A stretch of DNA of 61,843 bases from positions 1-61,843 of the IMG/VR virus record IMGVR_UViG_3300042568_000857; one strand, given 5' to 3'. Position 1 is the first letter of the stretch, and each line of letters opens with the position of its first letter. Below, piece by piece: positions 33,553 to 41,290 of the stretch. The notes below the pieces were generated by a model. That model was given only the letters and a program-made list of their open reading frames with translations. It was not told the DNA's origin and did not search any database. The position numbers were made by a program, and so were the translations under genes. The stretch comes from a virus. Taxonomy: Duplodnaviria; Caudoviricetes.

Positions 33553-33587
33553 AAAAAGCCCGCCAGTCCGGGAGGAACTGACGGGCT
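33553..33587 (-). terminator. Intrinsic terminator
   Basis: AGCCCGTCAG/CTGGCGGGCT stem followed by T5. Confidence 0.7.
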
Positions 33588-33757
33588 AGGCGATCCAAGG
33601 CCAGCTTTGGCAGGGCACCGCCGTGGATCTCGGTCGGCGAGTAGGGCACATGCGAGGCCCGGCCCCTGGGCTCACAAGGCTGGCTGGTGAGGGCCGCCGT
33701 CTTGGCTGGCCTGCACGCTCAGAAACACAAAAAGAGCGGGCACCGTGGAGAGTGTCG

Positions 33758-34006
33758 TTACTTCGTAGCCGTCTCAGCCACCGGGACCGGGGCTGGTGTC
33801 AGGACGAGCTTGCCAGCCTCCCTTGCCAAGGCGGCGTCCTCCGGGCTGATCTTGCCGGTGCGCTCGGCGTAGGCCAAGGCCACGTCGCCGATGCGGGCAA
33901 GGCGGGCCTCGTCAATCTGGCCGCCTGACTGGCAGGAGGGCAGGCAGAGGGCGACGGCAAAGAATGGCAGGTGAAGGCCGAGGGTGATGAGGAAGGGAGT
34001 TTTCAT
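33758..34006 (-). CDS. Lipoprotein
   Basis: MKTPFLITLGLHLPFFAVALCLPSC signal peptide with lipobox-like Cys. Confidence 0.6.
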   Translation of the reverse strand: MKTPFLITLGLHLPFFAVALCLPSCQSGGQIDEARLARIGDVALAYAERTGKISPEDAALAREAGKLVLTPAPVPVAETATK

Positions 34007-34436
34007 AGTGGTGGATCGGTTGAGTGGTATCTTGCAGAGGCCCAAGCCTAGCCCAACTTTGCCCGGCTGGCAAGGCCGGGCTGGCCTTTCTTGGGCGGGC
34101 AGCCAAGGCAGGCAGGCGCGAGGGCTCTCTCTGCCAATGCTCCCCCTCCCCTCATGGACATGAGAGAAAGAAAGGAGTGCTTGCCGGATTTGTTTCACAT
34201 CGCCCCGGCATATAAGCCCCCAGCGAAGTCCCCCGTGTTTGCCGCTACGGGGAGCACTGGCTTCTCAGGGCCTGCATGTCCAGCGGTGCCCGGCCTCACG
34301 GCTAGGGCTGCCCGGCTTGGCTGGCTTTGGGCAAGGAACAGACACAAACAAGCCGACCTCTAGCGGAAGGTCGGCTTGCTGTGGTGATCCTTGGAAGGAG
34401 TCGCTTTAGAAGGGCGATACTCCCGCTAGAAAGCAC

Positions 34437-34856
34437 CTATTTGGTAATGCCAAGATTCTCCAAGACCGGCGGGCGGTCAAGGACCAGTCTGTACTTTTTT
34501 GAAGGGTTCGTCACCACGCCCCCATCCGCCAGCCACTCAGCCGAGCCACTGGCAGGCAGCCCGGCGGCCTTGCGGAGCTGGCGGATGCGCTCACGGCAGA
34601 CGCTGTGCTTGGTGGCAAGGTAGGTGTCTTGCAATCGCCAGTCCAAGGTTGATGCGTCGAGCTTATTTTTCCACTCCCAACGAGTGCCCGGCGGCGTGCC
34701 CCGAGGCCTGACTGGCAGACCTTTGCCGCGCATCCATTTTAGCACAGTCGTTACCGCTACCCCGCACTCTTTCGCGATGTGCAGGGCGGGCCTAGCCGTA
34801 TCAATGCCCGCCGGAGCCTGCCAAAGCCTGCCTTTCTTGCCTCCGAAGTGGCTCAT
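34437..34856 (-). CDS. HTH DNA-binding protein
   Basis: IAKECGVAVTTVLKWMR and LATKHSVCRERIRQLR HTH-like motifs. Confidence 0.6.
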   Translation of the reverse strand: MSHFGGKKGRLWQAPAGIDTARPALHIAKECGVAVTTVLKWMRGKGLPVRPRGTPPGTRWEWKNKLDASTLDWRLQDTYLATKHSVCRERIRQLRKAAGLPASGSAEWLADGGVVTNPSKKYRLVLDRPPVLENLGITK

Positions 34857-34948
34857 AGCTGGGCATCCTTGGCTGGGGTGAGGCAGGCGGCTTGGAGGAT
34901 GGCGTCGGGGATCTGTCGGGTGTCGGGTGTATTGCTCATGGCGGGCCA

Positions 34949-34977
34949 AGTATAGGCCGGGCTGGGCCGAAAGGCAA
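34949..34977 (-). promoter_or_regulatory. Sigma70-like promoter
   Basis: TTGCCT-N17-TATACT. Confidence 0.65.
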
Positions 34978-35060
34978 GCTGAACAGCGCCAACTGATACT
35001 TTCGTTTTATATCAGCCCGTGTTTTCTGGCACTAAGCCTCTAAAATGCGCTCTTTTAGTA

Positions 35061-35702
35061 TCAGCCAGTCAGCCTGCCAGCCTCCAAACGCCGGGCAATG
35101 GGCGAGCCGGGTTTTATGAGAGCTTGCATCAAGTCCCTCACCGTTGGCGTTCCCGTGCCTGCCTCCTGCCCTGGCAAGGCAGGCTTGGCCTCTAGGCCGG
35201 TCTGCTTGGCGATGGCCTGGAGGGTGGCTAGGGGGCAGGGCTTCTCGACTTCGATGGTCGTTTTAGGCCCGGCGTCGGTCATGGTTTCGGTGACTTTATA
35301 CTTCTTACAAAACCTTGATTCTGCGCTGATTGCGGCCAGCGGCGTCTCAAACATATCCTTCATATTGCCCACCAGCCAAGCCGCGGTCACGCCATGGGCC
35401 TGCCCAGCGGCCTGGGCAGCGGCTTCTTTGAGGGCGGCGATCTCGGCGGCCATGTCGGCATCCCAGCGGGTGCCTTGGCTCGCGCAGCCGTCGCGGGTCG
35501 TCTCTGGCCTGACCATGCGGTAGGCCTCGGCGGCGGGCGTGCCGGTGGCTCTGAGGGCGCAGTACTGGGCCTTCTCGCCGGGCGTGGCCCATGCCTGCCT
35601 GCGTGGTATGACCTCGGCCTGGGCTGGCCTGCTAGGCGAGGCTGGGCGGCGTTTGGCCTTGGCTTTCTTGGCTGCGGGCTTGGGCTTTGTGTCGGATTTC
35701 AT
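35061..35702 (-). CDS. terS: Terminase small subunit (putative)
   Basis: YCALRATG..AAEAYR HTH, EIAALK coil, IEVEK..LATLQAIAKQTG; lies upstream of terL. Confidence 0.65.
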   Translation of the reverse strand: MKSDTKPKPAAKKAKAKRRPASPSRPAQAEVIPRRQAWATPGEKAQYCALRATGTPAAEAYRMVRPETTRDGCASQGTRWDADMAAEIAALKEAAAQAAGQAHGVTAAWLVGNMKDMFETPLAAISAESRFCKKYKVTETMTDAGPKTTIEVEKPCPLATLQAIAKQTGLEAKPALPGQEAGTGTPTVRDLMQALIKPGSPIARRLEAGRLTG

Positions 35703-35851
35703 GTATTGTTTGTAGTTAATGCCCATTTACGCAGAGGAAAAGTGATCTTTGCGCAAAAAGTCGTTGATATATTTTAATTCGTGTGCGTTTATACTGGTGT
35801 CAGTGGGCGCGTTTGCCTGCTACAAAACTAAAGACATCCGACAAAAACACT

Positions 35852-36193
35852 ATGACAGCAATCTTTGACATGATCTCCCCAGCCCGCGTGGCTGGCTTTG
35901 TGCGGGCCAATGGTCTGCTTGGCTTCGAGGCCCGGCAGTTTGGGCCGCGTGACTTCCGCGTCGTGGAGCACCGCTTGGACTCCATGGGGCGCACTGAAAC
36001 GCCCTATCAGGCAGGCGGCCAAGCCGAGGCCTGCCAAGCTGCCCGGCGGTGGGCGCAGATTACGGACACGGAGGTCTTGGCTATCGGGGCGGCCCGGTGC
36101 CGTATGGCGGAGCTGGCCGAGGCAATCCGGGCCATGCGGCCTGCCAAGCCTGTGGTGCAGGCGGAACTTTGCTTTGGGGAGGTGGTGGCGTGA
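35852..36193 (+). CDS. Hypothetical early protein
   Basis: First ORF after AT-rich divergent region (TATACT ~35790) and GACATCC motif. Confidence 0.6.
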   Translation: MTAIFDMISPARVAGFVRANGLLGFEARQFGPRDFRVVEHRLDSMGRTETPYQAGGQAEACQAARRWAQITDTEVLAIGAARCRMAELAEAIRAMRPAKPVVQAELCFGEVVA

Positions 36194-36480
36194 AATATCC
36201 TCGCACACATGCGGCTTTGGTGCCTGTCTCCAGCCTCAACGCTTTTTCCGAGGTCGTCCCGGCGGCCTTTGCCCAAGGCCTTGAGGGCGCGCTTGCCAAG
36301 CTTGCCCGCCTGGACTGGCGGCCTGTGGCGGCTGGGCTGCCCACGGAGGAGGATGCGGACGAGTTTGGTGATGTTGAGTGGTCGGATGGCCACGACATCT
36401 GGCAGGCTGGCTGGGCGCGCTCACCTCACCAGCCTACCCACTGGCGGCCTATCAGTCTTCCTCCCCTTATCAAGCCATGA
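36190..36480 (+). CDS. Hypothetical protein (DUF551-like)
   Basis: WRPVAAGLP...PTHWRPI motifs; GTG start overlaps upstream stop. Confidence 0.6.
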   Translation: MKYPRTHAALVPVSSLNAFSEVVPAAFAQGLEGALAKLARLDWRPVAAGLPTEEDADEFGDVEWSDGHDIWQAGWARSPHQPTHWRPISLPPLIKP

Positions 36481-36641
36481 ACCGCCCTCTGTCCTCCATC
36501 ACCCCTCCCCCCACATGGCCCGCCCGCCTAGCTGAGCCTGCCCGGCCTAGCTTGGCGGCCTTGTGCCTTGACGTGGCCTGCCTGCTGGTGGGGCTGGCCC
36601 TATTCCTGTTCGTCGTTTACAATCTCAAAATGCACTTATGA
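36477..36641 (+). CDS. Small membrane protein
   Basis: Single hydrophobic segment; coupled overlaps. Confidence 0.5.
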   Translation: MNRPLSSITPPPTWPARLAEPARPSLAALCLDVACLLVGLALFLFVVYNLKMHL

Positions 36642-36817
36642 AAAATCCCCTCCTCCCCGACCCCGACACCCATCCCATGCTCTACGCCCGTGAATACCTC
36701 CGCCAGCGCCCTCTCTACGACGGCCTAGCCTTCCTGGCCTGCCTGTTCGTGGGCGTGCCGGTGACCGGGCTGGCGTTGCTCTGGATCTGCCGTTTTGTCT
36801 TTGCCTTCACGCCATGA
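36638..36817 (+). CDS. Small membrane protein (59 aa)
   Basis: MKNPLLPDP...GLAFLACLFVGVPVTGLALLWICRFVFAFTP*; coupled overlaps. Confidence 0.5.
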   Translation: MKNPLLPDPDTHPMLYAREYLRQRPLYDGLAFLACLFVGVPVTGLALLWICRFVFAFTP

Positions 36818-37389
36818 GCCTTCCCCCCGAAGTCATCGACCAAATGGCCGACGATCCCTCCTACCCCCGCCCCCACAAGCCCAAGCCGGGCCGCCCCCGT
36901 GGCAGGCCTCCGGGCTCTAGGCCGAAGAAGGGCGGAGGCTCGAAGAGGGCTTTTCTCAACTCGGCGCTTTACGTCACGCAGTCAGGGGAGCGTGTGGCGG
37001 TGCTCCGCCTGCTCATCACTTTGCCTGACACCACGGCAGCCAAGGCGGACGGGCTGGCCGCCCAGCTTGGCACGTCCGTTAGTGGGCTGATTTGCGCGCT
37101 GATTGATGAATTGCCCGAACCCAAGAGTGTGCCGCCTGCGCCTAGCCTTGTTCCGCCTGAACCGGCTGGCGGGGCGGGCCAGTGGCGGCCTCTTTGGCTG
37201 CCTAGCGCCCTGGCTGGCAAGTTGGCCCGGCACTTGGCGCGGGTGGGGTGGGATTTGCACACTTTTGTCGGGCACATGGTCGCCGCCATGCCTGATCCAG
37301 ATCTGATGGCGAAGGCCAAGCCGCTGTTTGCGGGGTGGGAGGATGAAAAGCCTAGCCCTGCACCGCCTGCACCAGCATCCGGGCAATAA
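36814..37389 (+). CDS. AT-hook plus ribbon-helix-helix-like DNA-binding protein
   Basis: KPGRPRGRPPGSRPK AT-hook; LLITLPDTTAAKADGLAAQLGTSVSGLI RHH-like. Confidence 0.6.
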   Translation: MSLPPEVIDQMADDPSYPRPHKPKPGRPRGRPPGSRPKKGGGSKRAFLNSALYVTQSGERVAVLRLLITLPDTTAAKADGLAAQLGTSVSGLICALIDELPEPKSVPPAPSLVPPEPAGGAGQWRPLWLPSALAGKLARHLARVGWDLHTFVGHMVAAMPDPDLMAKAKPLFAGWEDEKPSPAPPAPASGQ

Positions 37390-37640
37390 CGTCGTCCAGC
37401 ATCACCTCACGGGCAGCCGCTATGTGTTTGCACCAGCGAACCGGCGGCTGCTCGCCTTTTTCGCGGGCCGGGCCGATGCGGTAGCTCCACTGAGGGCAGG
37501 CGCATTGGCCGTGGCCGTTGTAGGCGAGCAGGTCCACCATGTACTTGCCTGCTTGGCTCTGGCTGGCGACGAGATAGCGGCCCACGGCGTCGGCGGGCTC
37601 TATTAGCCAAGTGTCCGGCTCAGGCGTGGACAATGCCGCC
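37352..37640 (-). CDS. SWIM zinc-finger protein (start uncertain)
   Basis: YMVDL..GQCACPQW..WCKHI. Confidence 0.65.
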
Positions 37641-38123
37641 GGGCTTGAGTCGGATCTTGAAGATGGAGCCTTGGGCGCGGGCGGCGTTGTAGGCCCATGT
37701 TTCGAGGGCTGAGTGGTCTGCATGGTCGTAGTGGTCGGGGTGAACGTAGATCTCCCAATGGCTGCCTTCAGCCTCGCCTGCCAGTCTGTAGGCCTCTGGG
37801 CCGTAGCGGCTGTCAAGCCAGCCCACGGCTAGCTCGCGCACCTCGGGCATGGGGGAGATTGGCGGCGTGTTGAGGTCGTGGCGGGCTGTGCTTGGGACCT
37901 GCAAGCCCCAGCCGAACGGGCGGAGGAGCTGGCGTAAGGCTGCCACCATGGCACCGCCTTTGCCGATGATTGAGCCCATGTTTCGGGCGGAGGCTAGCAG
38001 GATAATTTCGCGGTCGTTAACCTTGATCGCTATGCCCGTGGGGTCGTGGGGGATGAGGGGCAGAACCAGCGCATGTATGAAGTCGTGGGCTGTGCTGGCG
38101 TCTCTGTCGTTGTCTGGTGTCAT
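37620..38123 (-). CDS. KH-domain RNA-binding protein (KhpA-like)
   Basis: NMGSIIGKGGAMVAALRQLL GxxG loop. Confidence 0.75.
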   Translation of the reverse strand: MTPDNDRDASTAHDFIHALVLPLIPHDPTGIAIKVNDREIILLASARNMGSIIGKGGAMVAALRQLLRPFGWGLQVPSTARHDLNTPPISPMPEVRELAVGWLDSRYGPEAYRLAGEAEGSHWEIYVHPDHYDHADHSALETWAYNAARAQGSIFKIRLKPGGIVHA

Positions 38124-38193
38124 TTACTCCACTTACGCGACAAGGCCGAGCCCGTCAAGGCCCGGCCTGTGCTTGGCGGCTGGCAGGCGGCGA

Positions 38194-38574
38194 TCAGAAC
38201 GGAATTTCTGAATCGTCGCCATCATCCGGCGGCGGTGGCGCATACTGCACCGCCCGACTAGGCTTGGCAGCCTGGGCTGGCCTTCCGTAGCCTGCCTGCT
38301 GGGCTTGGGCTGGCCTTTGGGCGGGAGCTTGGCGGGCGGCTGGGGCTTGTTGGCCTGTGGAGTGCATCCACTTGCCGTTGCCGATGATGACAGGCTTGGT
38401 GCCTTGGTCGCGTAGTTCCTTGGAGGGCGACTGCTTGACGACGTGACTGTTGCCGTATGGGTCTTCGGCGTCGTTCTCGTAGATTACCAAGTCGAGGTAG
38501 GTGCCCTTTTGGCCTTTAAAGAGCCAGTCTTTGACAATTTTCTGAACGTCGAGTTTAAGTATGATGTGTGACAT
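38194..38574 (-). CDS. SSB-like protein
   Basis: Compact N-domain, Q/A/P linker, acidic DDGDDSEIPF tail. Confidence 0.65.
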   Translation of the reverse strand: MSHIILKLDVQKIVKDWLFKGQKGTYLDLVIYENDAEDPYGNSHVVKQSPSKELRDQGTKPVIIGNGKWMHSTGQQAPAARQAPAQRPAQAQQAGYGRPAQAAKPSRAVQYAPPPPDDGDDSEIPF

Positions 38575-38638
38575 AGAAGCGTAAAAGCTGGATTAGTTGA
38601 GGCGGTAACTATACCTTGGATAAACTGCTGTAAAGCCA

Positions 38639-39184
38639 TTAGATGTGACTCCACGCTTTACGGTTGATGATTTTGCCAATGATCGGAAAATCAACACCAA
38701 ACTGCGCAGCTAGCCTTTTTAGGGTGGTTCCACCAGCGGCATAAAGCGCCCGAATCTCAATGACTTTGGTGGCGGTGAGTTTGGCGTTACCGTTGACTTC
38801 GCCAGCGGCGGGTTTATTTCGGCCCTTGCTAGCTCTGTCGCTAACATTGTCCGCATGAGCGCCTAGAAAATAATGATCAGGGCGGCAGCATGTTGGAACG
38901 TCGCAACGATGGCAGACACATGTACCGTGATACCCCTCCCCTCGTGGGATTGGGCCGTTAGTTATTGTCCAAGCTACCCGATGAGTTGTTAGCATCTTGC
39001 CGCCAACACTTATCTGACCGTAGCCTCTACTGTTTTTGCCAGCTTTCCAAATCCAGCACGGCGTTTCCATGTGGGGCATCGTGGGACCGTTTTTATCAAT
39101 CTTGGACCAGAATCTCGCGATGTCTTTTGCGCTGAGGTTGACGGGCGGCGGGGGCGCGGTGAGAGTAGAATCAGAGCTTTGCAT
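38639..39184 (-). CDS. HNH homing endonuclease copy 3
   Basis: [44 protein letters not shown]; C-terminal HTH. Confidence 0.92.
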   Translation of the reverse strand: MQSSDSTLTAPPPPVNLSAKDIARFWSKIDKNGPTMPHMETPCWIWKAGKNSRGYGQISVGGKMLTTHRVAWTITNGPIPRGEGYHGTCVCHRCDVPTCCRPDHYFLGAHADNVSDRASKGRNKPAAGEVNGNAKLTATKVIEIRALYAAGGTTLKRLAAQFGVDFPIIGKIINRKAWSHI

Positions 39185-39200
39185 GGTAAGGTCATGTGGA

Positions 39201-39273
39201 GTTTAGCGCCGCTGCGGAGTTACTAGCTCCAAGGCGGCGCGCTCATTATTACTCAACGCCGAAGGTTTTGCAA
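39201..39273 (-). promoter_or_regulatory. HNH-3 leader: promoter, hairpin, CTAAAC
   Basis: TTGCAA-N16-TAATAATG; stem GCGCCGC..GGAG/CTCC..GCGGCGC (39206-39240). Confidence 0.7.
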
Positions 39274-39636
39274 AGCATTCAGCAATTCTTCGTGCTTCCT
39301 GTCAGAATCCCACCGCCGATGCAGCGCCTCATCCTCCCGCCTCGTAGCCTCCACGGCGGCCAGCCCTGCCTGCCTGCCCTGGCTGGCGGCGGCCTCAATA
39401 ACGAGGTAGAGCGCGGATGAGATGGCTTTTTTCTCTGCGTCGGTGGCGGCCTTGGCTAGGGCGAAGCGCAAACGGATAACGTCGGGGCGCTGCCGGGCCT
39501 TGGCGATGGCCTCGGCCTCGTAGGCGGCTACGGTCATGCCCTCGGTGGGGCGGCGGGTGTCTTGGGCATGGGCGGGCAGGGCGGCGAAGAGGCGGAGCAG
39601 GGCGAAGGTCAGGAAAGCGTAGGCGAGCGTTTTCAT
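39253..39636 (-). CDS. Secreted/membrane hypothetical protein
   Basis: Signal peptide ending AHA; own promoter TTGCCA-N17-TAAAAT (39646-39674). Confidence 0.65.
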   Translation of the reverse strand: MKTLAYAFLTFALLRLFAALPAHAQDTRRPTEGMTVAAYEAEAIAKARQRPDVIRLRFALAKAATDAEKKAISSALYLVIEAAASQGRQAGLAAVEATRREDEALHRRWDSDRKHEELLNALQNLRR

Positions 39637-39676
39637 TGTGGGGGCATTTTATCAGGATGGCGGGCAGATGGCAAGC

Positions 39677-39733
39677 ACCGAACTGCCGCTGAACCGAACC
39701 GGCTATGGCCGGTCGGTTAGCTTTTTGTTCGGC
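39677..39733 (+). other. Integron attC-like site
   Basis: ACCGAAC-tgcc-GCTGAACC-GAACCGGCTATGGCCGGTC-GGTTAGC-ttttt-GTTCGGC: R''/L''/L'/R' layout with two extrahelical bases. Confidence 0.55.
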
Positions 39734-41224
39734 TTAAAGTTTCCCCACAATACCCGCCATTTCAGATTCCGTCCAGCCCCGGCCATGCAGGCTTGGCCGC
39801 CGCCGGGCGCAAGTGATGGTGAGACTGTCCCGGCTTCTCGTCACGGCCACATAGAACAGGCGCAGCATCTCTGCCGTGTCAGGCCAGCTAGCCTGCTCGG
39901 CTCCGGCAATCAAAACGTGGTCCCATTCGAGGCCCTTGGCACCGTGAACCGTGCCGATGTAGAGGCCATTGAAGTCGTAGCTAGCCTGTGCCTCCGCCTG
40001 GGCCAGGGCCTCGGCCATGGCTGGCAGCAGGGCCTCGGGCTGGCTAGAGCCGCAAGCCTCGGTGAAGTGGCGGACGTAGGGCAGGGCGTTGTGGTGGTTG
40101 TGCCATGTCTCACCGGGATTCTGGATGGCTGCCATAGCCTGCCGGATCATGGCTGGGTCCAGGGCCAGGGCCGGGCAGGGCGGCAAAGCGTCGGCCAGGG
40201 CCAGCCGCAAACGCTCGGCTAGGGCGTTGTGGCGGCAGAGGATGGCGCGGGAGCCTGTTGGGTGGGAGGCTAGCCATTCGCGGATGTGGGCAAACTCGGC
40301 GGCCTCGGTGCCGAAGTTACACACACCAACTGGCGTGTGGGCTATCTCGGGGGAGACAAACATTGTGGAGACGTTGCGAGGGTCGCGGACGTATTTCATG
40401 GCAATGGCTCCGGTTTGGCCTGCCGTGAGCCTGTTGGCGGCGGCAATGATGGGCGGCAGGCTCCGGTAGTTGTCGACAAGTATCAATTGGCACCATTCAG
40501 GCGAGGCGGCTAAGTGTCTAAAATAATCCGAACTAGCACCACGGAAGCTGAAAATCGACTGCATTTCATCGCCTACTACGGTCTTGGACTTGGCCTCAAT
40601 CTGCTCAAGCAAAGCAAAGTCTCCGGCCGCCGTGTCCTGGAACTCGTCCCAAAACAGCGCATCCAGATCCCCAAGGCTACCCGGCAAATGGTGGACGGCC
40701 TCGCCAAGCAAAAGATCCATCGAAGCCTGCCCGGCTGCTACCATGGCCCGGCGGACGGCTCTGGCGGGGGCGTAGGCACGGTTGGAGATGCAAGGCACGC
40801 CTGTATCCGTAGCCTGCCCGGCGGCCAGGGTGGCGGCCACGTCGCGGATGGAGACGGATTTATCTAGGCGGAGGCGGGTAAGCTCGGCCTTGATCATAGC
40901 GGCCTGGGTGTCCTCGTCTATAATGACGGGGCGGCGGCCCTGCCATGTCGGCCACTTGTGGGCCTCAGCCAGTGCTAAGGCGTGCAGCGTGCCAACATGC
41001 CGGAGGCCAGTAATGCCAAGGGCTGCCAGCCTGTCGGCTAAGATGCGGCCAGCTTGAACCGTGAAGCTGATGGCGACGACTTTGGATGGGTCGGCCCCGT
41101 TGGCGATGGCGGCGGCGATACGGCGGACGAGGACGAAACTCTTGCCGCTGCCTGCCCCGGCGCGAAGCAGGAGGCGGGGGGCTTGGCTGGCGATGGCGGC
41201 GGCCTGTTCTGGGGATGGTTGCAT
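39734..41224 (-). CDS. UvrD/Rep-family SF1 helicase
   Basis: AGAGSGKS, WDEFQD, VGDEMQSIFSFRGA, NYRS, TVHGAKGLEW, RLFYVAVTR. Confidence 0.92.
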   Translation of the reverse strand: MQPSPEQAAAIASQAPRLLLRAGAGSGKSFVLVRRIAAAIANGADPSKVVAISFTVQAGRILADRLAALGITGLRHVGTLHALALAEAHKWPTWQGRRPVIIDEDTQAAMIKAELTRLRLDKSVSIRDVAATLAAGQATDTGVPCISNRAYAPARAVRRAMVAAGQASMDLLLGEAVHHLPGSLGDLDALFWDEFQDTAAGDFALLEQIEAKSKTVVGDEMQSIFSFRGASSDYFRHLAASPEWCQLILVDNYRSLPPIIAAANRLTAGQTGAIAMKYVRDPRNVSTMFVSPEIAHTPVGVCNFGTEAAEFAHIREWLASHPTGSRAILCRHNALAERLRLALADALPPCPALALDPAMIRQAMAAIQNPGETWHNHHNALPYVRHFTEACGSSQPEALLPAMAEALAQAEAQASYDFNGLYIGTVHGAKGLEWDHVLIAGAEQASWPDTAEMLRLFYVAVTRSRDSLTITCARRRPSLHGRGWTESEMAGIVGKL

Positions 41225-41290
41225 AAGCGTGGTGTCGGATGTCTTGCGCGTTGAAGTATGCGCGCCCCACTATTAACACTATTTCGACTG

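Noticed and set aside
34060-34430. tRNA or tmRNA in long intergenic regions
   Set aside because: No cloverleaf or T-loop consensus recognisable by eye; tRNAscan/ARAGORN was not run.
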